A model generated the notes under the pieces. The model was not told where the DNA came from and ran no database searches. It worked only from the letters and a program-made list of their open reading frames with translations. The translations under genes were made by a program, and so were the position numbers. Below, piece by piece: positions 18,209 to 27,220 of a stretch of 42,624 nucleotides of DNA. Every line of letters begins with the position of its first letter. The first letter of the stretch is position 1. Source of the DNA: Myxococcales bacterium. Lineage in GTDB: Bacteria > Myxococcota_A > Polyangia > Polyangiales > Polyangiaceae. Location: assembly GCA_016704525.1 (NCBI GenBank), contig JADIZX010000009.1, positions 1 to 42,624 on the forward strand. Reading direction: 5' to 3'.

Positions 18209-19837
18209 ATGAAGTCATCGTCTGGATCCCTCGCGCGCGGGCTCTCGCTCTTTGCGTTCCCCGCGCTCCTCTCGCTCGGCGCTTGGCTCCCCGGCTGCTC
18301 GGCCACGATCGACGAGGGCACGCCCACCGCGACCGACGAGGACGACCTCACGAGCCTCACGGCGCGCTCCCGCGAGCTGCGGTTCGAGGGGCTCGTCTAC
18401 GTCGAGGTGGGCGCGAGCGACGCGACCATCCTGAAGGCGGCGCGCGCGCAGAGCCAGTCGGCGTTCGGCGCGCTCCTCGCCCTCGAGATCTCGGTCGAGA
18501 GCCGCGAGCTGAAGGACATCAGCCCGACCACCTTCAAGAAGCGCGAGGTCACGGTCTTCGACACCAACAACCCGGGCGACCGCGGCAAGGCCCAGCTCGA
18601 GGTGAAGTACCAGTACCGCGACAACGCGGTCGTCCCCACGGCGCTCTCGCGGCGCACGTCGCTGCCGCTCGCCGTCCTTGGCGGCGCGTTCGACACCGAG
18701 GCGAACCGCGCCACCATCGTGGCCGCGTGCACCAAGAACGACAAGGAGGCGCGCGACGACGCCGCCTCGGGCCTGCTCTGGTACGACTTCAACCCGAGCA
18801 AGGCCTCGTGCAAGGCCGCGATCACCGACGAGCAAGAGAAGGTCGACGCCGACCGCGCGAAGCTCGCCGACGCGCGCACGCAGGTGCCGCGATCGCAGCT
18901 CGACAGGCTCTATGTGCCGGCCACCATGAGCCTCGGCGCCGCGAAGACGACACGCGGCTCCACCTACCCCGAGTACGACAAGCTCTTCTCCCAGGGCGTC
19001 ACGCCGGGCAAGCTCACGATCGGCGCGCTCACCGGTCGCCTCGCCCACGACCACGTCGAGGCCACCAAAGACGACGGCTACTATGAGTGGATGGACATGC
19101 TCGGCGTGGTGTTCGAGGCCCACCCGGGCTTCACCCTCACCAAGATCGATCCCCCGGAGGACATCACCACGGTGACCGTGGGCAGCAAGCGCCTCGAGGG
19201 GCTCAAGTTCGCCGACGTCATCCAGTGGACGGTCTACGACATCGGCTACCCGAGCGGCCTCACCGCGGCCGAGAAGACCGAGCTGCGCGTCAAGATGGCC
19301 CAGAAGCTCGACAACCACTGGCTCACCTTCGAGATGCCCACGAAGGTGTCGATCAACGGCGGCGCCGCGAAGGAATTCGGCATCGTCCTGAACACGAGCT
19401 TCGGCGCCGAGGAGGGGGCGACTCCCTACAAGCGCGCCATCAAGACCAGCGACGTGTTCGTGTTCAACGGCCACTCGTACATTGGCCGCGGCCCGCTCGA
19501 CCCCGCGAACTTCCGCGCCAGCGACTTCCCCTCCACCTACCAGCTGCTCTTCATCGACAGCTGTGTATCCTACAACTATTACAACGAGGGGTATTTTCTC
19601 GTGAAGCCCGGCGGCACGAAGGTGCTCGACACCATCACGAACGGCATCGAGGCCCCCGAATACCAGAGCGGCATGGCCGAGGGGCAGCTCATCGCGAAGC
19701 TCATCGACGGCTCGATGCCGAGCTACCAGACCCTGCTGCGCGAGGCGAAGGCGACCGACCCCATGCGCGTCGTCGACGGCGAGGTCGACAACACGTACAG
19801 CCCCACCCGCACCCCCATCAAGCTGGTGCGCCCGTGA
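18209..19837 (+). CDS. large lipoprotein (542 aa) with a possible clan-CD-like His/Cys dyad (hypothetical)
   Basis: ATG at 18209. Signal and lipobox: MKSSSGSLARGLSLFAFPALLSLGAWLPGC. C-terminal region has VFVFNGHSYIG followed about 30 aa later by LLFIDSCVSYNYY. That spacing resembles the His-Gly...Cys catalytic dyads of caspase/gingipain-like peptidases. This is pattern-based only. Confidence 0.55.
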   Translation: MKSSSGSLARGLSLFAFPALLSLGAWLPGCSATIDEGTPTATDEDDLTSLTARSRELRFEGLVYVEVGASDATILKAARAQSQSAFGALLALEISVESRELKDISPTTFKKREVTVFDTNNPGDRGKAQLEVKYQYRDNAVVPTALSRRTSLPLAVLGGAFDTEANRATIVAACTKNDKEARDDAASGLLWYDFNPSKASCKAAITDEQEKVDADRAKLADARTQVPRSQLDRLYVPATMSLGAAKTTRGSTYPEYDKLFSQGVTPGKLTIGALTGRLAHDHVEATKDDGYYEWMDMLGVVFEAHPGFTLTKIDPPEDITTVTVGSKRLEGLKFADVIQWTVYDIGYPSGLTAAEKTELRVKMAQKLDNHWLTFEMPTKVSINGGAAKEFGIVLNTSFGAEEGATPYKRAIKTSDVFVFNGHSYIGRGPLDPANFRASDFPSTYQLLFIDSCVSYNYYNEGYFLVKPGGTKVLDTITNGIEAPEYQSGMAEGQLIAKLIDGSMPSYQTLLREAKATDPMRVVDGEVDNTYSPTRTPIKLVRP

Positions 19838-20220
19838 GCGGCGATGAGAAGGAGACCCCGGCGATCGCGCCGGCGCAGGCCGAGGCCGACGAGGACCGCG
19901 CGGCCATCTTGGCGCGCAGGAGCCGCTTCGTGACCGCGGCGCTCGCGGGCCTGGCGGGCGCGTCGCTCGTGGCGGCGTGCAGCACCGACTCGATGACCGG
20001 CGACGCCGGCTCGCCGGGGGACGCGTCGTCGGAGACGTCGCCTCAGCCGTGCCTCAGCGTCGCCATCGACGCGACCCCGCAGCCGTGCCTCACCCCGCTG
20101 CCCCCGGACGCCTCGCCCGACGCGAGACCGGACGCGAGGCCCGACGCGAGCCCCGACGCGACCCCGCAGCCGTGCCTCGCCCCGCTCCCGCCCGACGCGG
20201 GCGACGCGAGCGACCAGTAG
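19835..20220 (+). CDS. small lipoprotein with TPQPCL repeats, translationally coupled to the upstream gene
   Basis: GTG start at 19835 overlaps the stop of the 18209-19837 gene (GTGA). FVTAALAGLAGASLVAAC lipobox. PQPCL occurs three times (TPQPCL twice) with D-A-[SR]-P-D repeats. Confidence 0.45.
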
Positions 20221-20475
20221 CGACGCGCGCCGTCCGTCGAGCGGCGCGGGCTTCGGCGCTCCCGCGGTGGTCGGGCTCGGGCGGCAGGCGCACGAACAGC
20301 CTCTCAGCACCGCGTCGACACACGGGCCTGCGTGTAGAACGGATCGATCTCCCCGACCCACTCGGGAGGAGGCAAGGGACCACCGCCCGAGGCCGTCGAG
20401 CGAGGTCGCCCCCCCCGCTCGATCAGGCAGAGTTGCAGCTCCTCTTCGAGCCCTCAGGACGGCGAGCCCGCGCGC

Positions 20476-21414
20476 TCACGCTCCTGCAAGGTAAAACGCG
20501 TAGAGCAGGCCCTTCGCGAGCTCGCGCGCCTTGCGCTCGCAGAGGTGCCCGGCGCCGTCGCCGTCGATCCCCTGCCCCTTGCTCGCGCACCCCGGGGTCG
20601 ATCGGTTCGCCTGGCAGATGCGCCACACGCCGCCCTGTTCGCAGCGCTTGCCGGCGTCGAGGCTCTCGACGTCTTGGAGATCGAAGATCACGTCGTCTTT
20701 GAAGGTGGCGAGCATGTAGGCGCGGAGCCGCTGCTTGGGCGGGTTCTCGGCGACGCTGTAGACGAGCGGCGGGGTGATGTGGACGAAGCGCGCCCCCTGC
20801 GCCTTCACGTCGCGGACGAGGCGCGCGTATTCGGTCTGCACCTTGGGGAGGTCCTCGTCGCGCACGTCGGCGTAGCCAAAGCTGAACGCGACGATCTTCG
20901 CGGCGCCGCCGGTGACCTTCAGCGAGCGCCGCACGACGTCGAATTTCTTGAAGGGCTCGCCGTTCGGCACGTTGCCGACGTCGGTGAAGATGCCGCCGTT
21001 CGGGCCATTCACCAGCGAGCGACTCTCGGGCCCGAAGTACTCGAACTTGAAGCCGTTGGCCTCGCACCCGTCCTCGAGGTCCTGACCGACCGATTGGTGC
21101 AAATAGAGAATGGGCGCGCGCTTCACGCGGTCGCGCTCGGCGGCGGAGAGCGCCCCCCACGACGCGAGACCCGGGAGCCCCACGACCGCGCCGCCCGTCG
21201 CGCTCGCGTTCGCGCGGGCTGCGGGCGCGGGCGCGGGCGCAGTCGGGGTCGCGGCGAGCGGCGTTCCCGGAGCGATGGGGGACGCGGGTGGCGGCGGCGA
21301 CGCAGGCGCGGGCGGCTCGACCTGAGAGGCGGTGGACGTGCGGCCGCACGCGCCGAGGGAGAGCGGGAGCGCGAGCGCCGCGAGCGCGGCGCAGCGGGAC
21401 AGGGTCGACCTCAT
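20476..21414 (-). CDS. hypothetical lipoprotein (312 aa)
   Basis: ATG at 21414 with SD ggggtga. Signal and lipobox: LAALALPLSLGAC. Pro/Ala-rich linker, then a globular domain. Confidence 0.55.
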   Translation of the reverse strand: MRSTLSRCAALAALALPLSLGACGRTSTASQVEPPAPASPPPPASPIAPGTPLAATPTAPAPAPAARANASATGGAVVGLPGLASWGALSAAERDRVKRAPILYLHQSVGQDLEDGCEANGFKFEYFGPESRSLVNGPNGGIFTDVGNVPNGEPFKKFDVVRRSLKVTGGAAKIVAFSFGYADVRDEDLPKVQTEYARLVRDVKAQGARFVHITPPLVYSVAENPPKQRLRAYMLATFKDDVIFDLQDVESLDAGKRCEQGGVWRICQANRSTPGCASKGQGIDGDGAGHLCERKARELAKGLLYAFYLAGA

Positions 21415-21489
21415 TCACCCCACACTAGCAGTGGACCGGCGATCGCGGGGTACCCGGCCCTCCCGGCGCACCTCCGGCACACCTCCGCC

Positions 21490-22834
21490 TCAGAACCACG
21501 CGGTGAGCCCGAGCGTCACGGTGTCTTGCGAGCGCGCGTTGGCCTCGAACGGGGTCCCGTCGCCGTCGCCGGTGACCGCGCCCCGGTAGAAGATGTCCCC
21601 CGCCGCGGCGTCGTGCCGGTACTCGAGCTTCGCGGAGACATGCGGCACCGGACGGACGTCGACGGTCGCGGTGCTGGAGCTCATCCACGACGCGGGGATG
21701 GCGATGGGGTCGGCGACGTCGAGCCCTTGCTTTGCGCGCTTCTCTCCGAACATGGCCTGCCGCCCGGCGAGGTAGAGCCAGCTCGTCGCCTTCACGCGGG
21801 CCGCGAGGATGCCCGCGAGCCACGCGGAGGTGCCGAATCGATTGGGCTCTACGCCCCCGTCGACGTCGGCGAGGAGCTCGAGGAACGGCGTGGCCTTCAC
21901 CTTCAGCGAGGCGTCGAGGAGGTGCCGCCACGCGCGCCCCTCGAGCGCGCCCGTGGGGCGCTCGACGCCGGTAAAATACTGCGTGGCGAACGCCACGGTT
22001 TCGGAGGGTGTGTAGTTGTACTCGAGCGCGATCGACTTCTCGGCGTTGTTGTCGAGCGCGTTGTTCCAGCCGTTGTACACGCCGGCCCGCACGGTGTGCT
22101 GCTTCGAGAGCTCGTATCCCGCGCGAACCCCGGAGTGATAAAAAGGGAGCGCGTAGAAAAGGTGCGAGTGCGACCAGGTCCAGTTCTCGTGAGTGGGCAT
22201 CGACTCGGGCCCGATGGGCGAGGTAAAGAGCCCCGCCTCGAGCCGCAGGGCCTTGGTGGGGCCCCAGCCGAGATAGGCCTTCTGAATGTGCTTGAAGACC
22301 TCCACTCCACCCGGGCTGGTGCCCGAGGAGCCACGCAGAGCGGGCTCGCTGGCTCCGTAGTAGGTCTCGCCCACCTGGCCAAACTGGATGGCCCCAGAGG
22401 CGTACACGGCGTCGTACTCCCACCCGAGGTCGGCGACGAGGTTCTGGAGCGTGATGGCGTTGTGGCGGTTGTCGAACGCGCGGAAGTTCGTGAGGCCGTT
22501 CGAGGGGTCGTTGAAGTTGTAGGAGTAATACGCCTCGACGTACCCGCCGAGGGTGAACTTGGACTCGGGCGCGCGGGCGGCGCGGGGCGGCTCGTCGGCG
22601 CGGGCGAGGCCGTGGGAGGCGCGACAGGCGGCGCGATCGTCGGAGGCGGCGCGCTCGTCGGAGGCGGCGTGCTCGTCGGAGGCGGCGTGCCGGGCGACGG
22701 GTTGGCCGCGGACGCCGCGGCGTCGGCAGCGGCCCCAGGATCGAGCGGTGGCTGGGCAGCGGCGGGGCGAGCCTGAGCCAGGGCGGCAAGGCACCCAAGG
22801 AAGGCGATCGGGGCGGCGCGCTTGCGGTAGCTCA
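21490..22834 (-). CDS. outer-membrane beta-barrel (porin-like) protein; signal peptide and mature domain lie in different frames (frameshift inside a 21-bp tandem repeat, about 22580-22720)
   Basis: The mature domain (ESKFTLGGYVEAYYSYNFNDPSNGLTNFRAFDNRHN ... TVTLGLTAWF, terminal aromatic) is in the frame of ORF 21490-22914. A convincing signal peptide (VSYRKRAAPIAFLGCLAALAQARPAAAQ, GTG at 22834) is in the frame of ORF 21903-23285. The repeat cgtcggaggcggcg[tc]gctc x3 (PPPTS[TA]) separates them. Confidence 0.6.
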
Positions 22835-22932
22835 CGCGACCACCGTAGCTCGGCCGAGGGTCTCCTCGCCTGCCCTTCGGCGAGTCCACCTGCGAGACCG
22901 ACGCGCCGCCACATCCCGCTGCCTCGGAGCGC

Positions 22933-22962
22933 TTGACAAGGCCCCGAGAATCGACCAATTTC
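22933..22962 (+). promoter_or_regulatory. putative sigma70-type promoter of tRNA-Ser (-35 TTGACA at 22933-22938)
   Basis: A perfect TTGACA hexamer lies 31 nt upstream of the tRNA 5' end. A weak -10 candidate (ccaatt) is about 17 nt downstream of it. Confidence 0.3.
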
Positions 22963-22968
22963 GCCGGC

Positions 22969-23053
22969 GGAGAGCTGACCGAGTGGCCGAAGGTGCCTGA
23001 TTCGAAATCAGGTGTAGGGAAACCTACCAAGGGTTCGAATCCCTTGCTCTCCG
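22969..23053 (+). tRNA. tRNA-Ser (anticodon CGA), class II with a long variable arm
   Basis: Manual fold: acceptor GGAGAGC/GCTCTCC, D-stem ACC/GGT, anticodon stem CCTGA/TCAGG, loop TTCGAAA (anticodon CGA), variable arm TAGG-GAAA-CCTA, T-stem AGGG/CCCT with TTCGAATC loop, discriminator G. The 3' CCA is not encoded (genomic CAA). Confidence 0.85.
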
Positions 23054-23117
23054 CAAGTTGCCACGACCCGAGGGGGGTTGGTCGAGCTCGTTGAGGCTCG
23101 ACCGCCGTGCCAGTTCC

Positions 23118-23591
23118 ATGACGATTCGCCTGATCGACACGGCGCTCCTCGACGAGCTGACGGAAGAGGCGAAGGCCTCCCCGCGCGGGCGCAAGAACCG
23201 CAACTTCCACCCCGCCGATCCCTTCCCGGCGCACCGCCTGCTGAACGCGATCGAGCCCTCGAGCTACGTCGCGCCGCACCGGCACCTGTCACCCATGAAG
23301 GGCGAGACGCTCGTCGTCGTGCGCGGCGCGCTCGGCTTCGTCGCGCTCGACGACGAGGGCGCCGTGGTGAGCGCGGTGCGCCTCTCGGCGGCCGGCGAGG
23401 CCGTGGGCTGCGACGTGCCGCACGGCCTGTTCCACACGGTCGTGGCGCTCGAGCCCGGCACGGTGTTCTTCGAGGCGAAGGCCGGCCCCTACACCCCGCT
23501 CGGGGACGCAGAGCGCGCGCCGTGGGCGCCCGCCGAGGGTGAGCCGGGCGTGCCGGCCTACCTCGCCAGGCTCCGCGCGCTGTTCCCGTAG
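23118..23591 (+). CDS. WbuC-family cupin-fold metalloprotein
   Basis: MTIRLIDTALLDELTEEAKASPRGRKNRNFHPADPFPAHRLLNAIEPSSYVAPHRH...ETLVVVRGALGFVAL is characteristic of the WbuC cupin family. ATG at 23118. Confidence 0.6.
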   Translation: MTIRLIDTALLDELTEEAKASPRGRKNRNFHPADPFPAHRLLNAIEPSSYVAPHRHLSPMKGETLVVVRGALGFVALDDEGAVVSAVRLSAAGEAVGCDVPHGLFHTVVALEPGTVFFEAKAGPYTPLGDAERAPWAPAEGEPGVPAYLARLRALFP

Positions 23592-23677
23592 CCGCGGGGG
23601 CTCCCGCGGAGGCCGCGGCGGGCCGCGCCTCGCGAAGAGCTTGCGGCGCAGGGCAGAGGTCGCGTAGCACGCTCGCG

Positions 23678-24268
23678 ATGCCCCGCTCCACCCGCTCCAC
23701 CCGCTCCACCCGCTCGCCTCGCTCCGCGTCACTGGTCCTCGCGCTGACGCTCGCTGCGTCGACGCTCACGGCGTGTGGGGCGCCGCCCACCCCGGGCTCC
23801 GCCGTGATCTCGCCTACCGCCCCGCCGCCCGCCGAGCCGCCGCCTCCGCCTCCGCTCCCGCCCGCGGAGGCCGCAAAGTGCCCGAACGTGGAGCTCGGCG
23901 CGCTCCCCGGCGAGCCGGTCGTGGGCGAGTGGGTCACCACGCCGAGCTGCCTGCGGTACACCGTGCTGCGGCCCGGCGCCGGCGCGCAGCCGCGGACGCG
24001 GCTCTCGACGGTGCGTGCACACTACACAGGATGGCTGACCGACGGCACGCAGTTCGACAGCTCGCGCTCGCGCGGCAAGCCGTTCGATTTCCGCCTGAGC
24101 CAGGTCATCCCCGGGTGGACCGAGGCGATGCTCGGGATGCGCGCGGGCGAGAAGCGGAAGCTCGTCATCCCCTACAAGCTCGCGTACGGGCGAGAGGGCA
24201 ACGGCAACATCCCGCCCAAGGCGACCCTCGTGTTCGACGTCGAGCTCATCGACGTGCTCGTGGAGTAA
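23678..24268 (+). CDS. FKBP-type peptidyl-prolyl cis-trans isomerase lipoprotein
   Basis: Signal and lipobox: LVLALTLAASTLTAC. FKBP domain (YTGWLTDGTQFDSSRSRGKPFDFRLSQVIPGWTEAMLGMRAGEKRKLVIPYKLAYG...TLVFDVELIDV). Confidence 0.85.
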   Translation: MPRSTRSTRSTRSPRSASLVLALTLAASTLTACGAPPTPGSAVISPTAPPPAEPPPPPPLPPAEAAKCPNVELGALPGEPVVGEWVTTPSCLRYTVLRPGAGAQPRTRLSTVRAHYTGWLTDGTQFDSSRSRGKPFDFRLSQVIPGWTEAMLGMRAGEKRKLVIPYKLAYGREGNGNIPPKATLVFDVELIDVLVE

Positions 24269-24285
24269 GCAAGGAGCCGGGGACT

Positions 24286-24801
24286 GTGAGCGAAACGAAG
24301 TTCCGGATGGGCCGGCTCGATCACGTGCACGTTCGCGTGCCCAACCGAGCCGAGGCGGCGCGGTGGTACGCCGAGCACCTTGGGTTCGAGCCCGTGGAGA
24401 GGTTCGACTTCTGGGCAAAGGCCTTCGAGGGCGGTCCCCTGCAGCTCTCGGCCGACGGCGGGCACACGATGCTCGCGCTGTTCGAGGCGAGCGAGGGACA
24501 CCCGATGATCCCGCAGAAGACCGGCGTCGCGTTCAGCCTGGACGCGGCCGCGTTCATCGCCTTCGCGCGCTCGCTCCCGGGCGCCATCCAGAGCCCCTCG
24601 GGCGAGCCGCTCCGCGTGGGCGACATCGTCGACTTCGACCTGTGCTGGGCCTACAACCTCGCCGATCCCTGGGGCAATCAGTACGAGCTCAACTGCTACG
24701 ACTACGCGCGCGTCCAGGCCGAGCTCATCGAGGCGGACGGCGTCGAGCCGGTGCGCTACTGGCCGCGTGCGCTGTTCACGAACGCCCCGCGCGTCCTGTG
24801 A
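24286..24801 (+). CDS. VOC-family (glyoxalase/bleomycin-resistance fold) protein
   Basis: GTG at 24286 with SD aaggag 8 nt upstream. LDHVHVRVPNRAEAARWYAEHLGFEPV is a typical VOC beta-alpha-beta-beta-beta start. 18 bp after the FKBP gene, so likely co-transcribed. Confidence 0.65.
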   Translation: MSETKFRMGRLDHVHVRVPNRAEAARWYAEHLGFEPVERFDFWAKAFEGGPLQLSADGGHTMLALFEASEGHPMIPQKTGVAFSLDAAAFIAFARSLPGAIQSPSGEPLRVGDIVDFDLCWAYNLADPWGNQYELNCYDYARVQAELIEADGVEPVRYWPRALFTNAPRVL

Positions 24802-24838
24802 TCGGCGAGGGCTGGCCGGCGCGGCGACGTCGGCTACG

Positions 24839-25588
24839 ATGACGCAGGTGACGGACCCCGCGAGCCAGAACGCGATGCCCCCCGCGAGCCAGAACAGGGC
24901 GAACGAACGACGCGATCCGTACCGTGCGGGCGCCCTGCCGACGATCCGCATCGCGCCCGATCGCAGGCCCCTCTTCTACTCGCTGACGCTCGCGCTCGGT
25001 GTCGCCCTCGGGGTCGCCGGCCTCCGCGTCGTCGAACACCTGCGCACGCCGGCGAAGGGGGTCTCGGTGACACCCGCCGGGGTCGGGCTCGAGGGGCGCC
25101 GCGTGGTGCTGCCCGAGGTCTCCGCCACACAAGGCGGGCGCGCCCCCGCGCCCCCGGGCGGGCCGCTCGTGGTGCACGTGTGGCTCCAGGGGTGCGCCGA
25201 CTGCATGCCCGCGTTCGAGGCGATGCGCGCGATCGACCAGCAGGGCGGGCTCGGCGTGCCGCAGGTGAACGTCGCGTATGGCTCGGCCGATCCGGCTTGG
25301 GCTGCGCGGTACGGTGTGCACGAGCGCCTCGTGCTCGACTCGGGCAGCGCGCTCGTGAGCCCGCTCGGCATCAGCAGCTTCACGACCCTCGTCCTCGACG
25401 AGCACCACGTCGTGCGCTTCGTCGATCGACCCGACCGCCCCGGCTACCTCCACCGCGTGCAGGGCGCCTTCCGCGCGCTCACCAGCGCTCCGCCGTCGAA
25501 GGACTCGCCGGTGGAGCTCGAGGGACCAGGGCCCGGCTTGGGGCCGAAGGTGGGCCGGTCGCCCGTGGTGCCCCAGCAGCAGCTCTGA
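24839..25588 (+). CDS. membrane-anchored thioredoxin-fold protein (TlpA/redoxin-like thiol-disulfide oxidoreductase)
   Basis: One TM helix (LFYSLTLALGVALGVAGLRVV). CxxC motif (WLQGCADCMPAF). ATG at 24839. Confidence 0.6.
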   Translation: MTQVTDPASQNAMPPASQNRANERRDPYRAGALPTIRIAPDRRPLFYSLTLALGVALGVAGLRVVEHLRTPAKGVSVTPAGVGLEGRRVVLPEVSATQGGRAPAPPGGPLVVHVWLQGCADCMPAFEAMRAIDQQGGLGVPQVNVAYGSADPAWAARYGVHERLVLDSGSALVSPLGISSFTTLVLDEHHVVRFVDRPDRPGYLHRVQGAFRALTSAPPSKDSPVELEGPGPGLGPKVGRSPVVPQQQL

Positions 25589-25683
25589 GCGAAGCGTGGG
25601 CGCTGCGGCGACGGCGACGGCGAGCATCAAGACAGAAACGTCTTATCTATCAAGGTCGCGAGGTCTCGCCGTGGTGCTCCGGC

Positions 25684-26331
25684 TCACTTCTTCGCCTTGA
25701 CCGACAGCTTCACCACGACGTCGTCGCGGATGAGGTCGTCCTTCTTCCCGGGATAGGTGAGCTCGAAGTCTCTTCGATTGAGGGAGAACTCGGCCTCCAC
25801 CGAGGCGCCCTCTCCCTCGATCTTGATGGTCGCGGGGAACGTCACGGCCTTGGTCACGCCGTGGAGCGCGAGGTTGCCAGTCACCGTGTGCGTAGCCCCC
25901 TTGTCGCCGCCCGCCTTCACCGCGGTCGAGTCGAAGGTGATGTTGGCGAACTTGCCGACGTCGAAGAACTCGGGCGACTTCAGGTGACCGGTCAGCTTCT
26001 CGGCGTCGCTCGTGATCGAGGCGGCGTCGATGTCGACGTGAACGGAGCTCTTCTCCGGCGCGCCATCGACGAGCCGTACCGTGCCCTTGAGGTCGCTGAA
26101 CCCGCCCTCGTGCTTGCCAGTCACCTTCGAGCCGACCCACGCGATCTTCGAGCCCGTCGCCGAGGAGAACTTGAGCTCGGTGGCACCCGACGAAGGCGCG
26201 GCGACCGTGACGGCCTGCGACGCGGCGGTGGTGGCCCGGCTCTTGTCCTTCGCGGGGTCGTCGCACCCCACCGCGGTCAGCGTCGCCAGCACCGCCAGCG
26301 CGAGGGCTGCGCGCAGCGCGACCGCGCTCAT
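25684..26331 (-). CDS. YceI-family periplasmic protein (lipoprotein)
   Basis: Signal and lipobox: LALAVLATLTAVGC. YceI core (SKIAWVGSKVTGKHEGGFSDLKGTV ... TGNLALHGVTKAVTFP). The start overlaps the stop of the upstream YceI gene (ATGA). Confidence 0.75.
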   Translation of the reverse strand: MSAVALRAALALAVLATLTAVGCDDPAKDKSRATTAASQAVTVAAPSSGATELKFSSATGSKIAWVGSKVTGKHEGGFSDLKGTVRLVDGAPEKSSVHVDIDAASITSDAEKLTGHLKSPEFFDVGKFANITFDSTAVKAGGDKGATHTVTGNLALHGVTKAVTFPATIKIEGEGASVEAEFSLNRRDFELTYPGKKDDLIRDDVVVKLSVKAKK

Positions 26332-26867
26332 TTCTGCCTCACGAGGGAGACGTCGAGCGAGAGCGTGACCTCGTCGCCGACGAGCACGCCGCCGGCCTCG
26401 AGGGCCGAGTTCCACGTCATGCCGAACTCCGAACGCTTGATCTTGGTCTTCGCCTCCGCGCCGATTCGGGTGTTGCCCCACGGGTCGACGTGCTCGGGTG
26501 TGGGTCCGTCCACCTCCAGGACGACCTCGCGCGTGGTCCCGCGGAGGGTGAGATCGCCCACGAGCTCGAGCTTCGCGCCGGCCCGGCGCACGGCCTTCGA
26601 CGTGAAGGTGATCGCGGGGTGGCGGTCCACGTCGAAGAAGTCGGCGCTGCGCAGGTGCGCGTCGCGCTTCTCGTCCCGCGTGTCGATCGACGCGACGTCG
26701 ATCGACGCCTCCACCGAGGCCCCCTCGAGGTTCGCCGGATCGAACGTGGCGCGGCCGGAGAGCTTCTGAAAGCCGCCCCGAACGTTCGTGATCATCATGT
26801 GTCGCACGGAGAAGGTGGCGCTCGAGTGGGAGGGGTCGAGCGTCCAGGTGGGCGTGTTCGTCGTCAT
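26328..26867 (-). CDS. YceI-family protein (cytoplasmic/periplasmic paralogue)
   Basis: MTTNTPTWTLDPSHSSATFSVRHMMITNVRGGFQKLSGRATFD...LTLRGTTREVVLEV is a canonical YceI. Internal ATG at 26867. Confidence 0.75.
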   Translation of the reverse strand: MTTNTPTWTLDPSHSSATFSVRHMMITNVRGGFQKLSGRATFDPANLEGASVEASIDVASIDTRDEKRDAHLRSADFFDVDRHPAITFTSKAVRRAGAKLELVGDLTLRGTTREVVLEVDGPTPEHVDPWGNTRIGAEAKTKIKRSEFGMTWNSALEAGGVLVGDEVTLSLDVSLVRQK

Positions 26868-27220
26868 TGCGTGGTTCCTTCCGGTGTTTCGGACCACGCC
26901 ACTATGGGCCTCTCGGTGCCTCGCGTTTAGACAGCGCCAGCTGAACGAATCGTTCCGTTTCTACGCACAATGCGAGAGCACTTGTGCGATGCTGAGCACA
27001 ACTCCGGACTGCGCAAATCCGCCCTTCCGGGGGTTCGCCCGAGCGCGGCGGCACTCGGGATGAAGACCGCGTTGGAGCTTCGGACGACGTTGGCCGCGGG
27101 AGCGGACAAGCCGGAGGGGTGAATCGGCCAGCTTTGTGGCCGAGAGGGGGCGCCCGGGGGGGGGGGGGCAGCCGTTCGCGCAGCGAACTGCGTACCGAGA
27201 GGGAACCTCTCGCAGGAGTG

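Noticed and set aside
17686-18360. 224-aa minus-strand ORF between the Rpn gene and the 18209 lipoprotein
   Set aside because: It overlaps the lipoprotein's promoter and 5' end and is mostly Arg/Gly-rich. The last about 35 codons (RYVRVNRGRVVACLVALARELGIDAGVSSVTLLTR) look protein-like and could be a gene remnant, but I cannot support a call.
20221-20475. Possible rho-independent terminator between convergent genes (cgcgccg-tccgtcgag-cggcgcg)
   Set aside because: The stem-loop is present but not followed by a T-run. This cannot be distinguished from chance GC-rich secondary structure.
20545-22776. 743-aa + strand ORF and the 331/457/460-aa minus ORFs in other frames around 20400-23300
   Set aside because: Antisense or off-frame to the lipoprotein and porin genes. 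Arg/Gly-rich. The 460-aa ORF (21903-23285) contributes only the porin signal-peptide segment.
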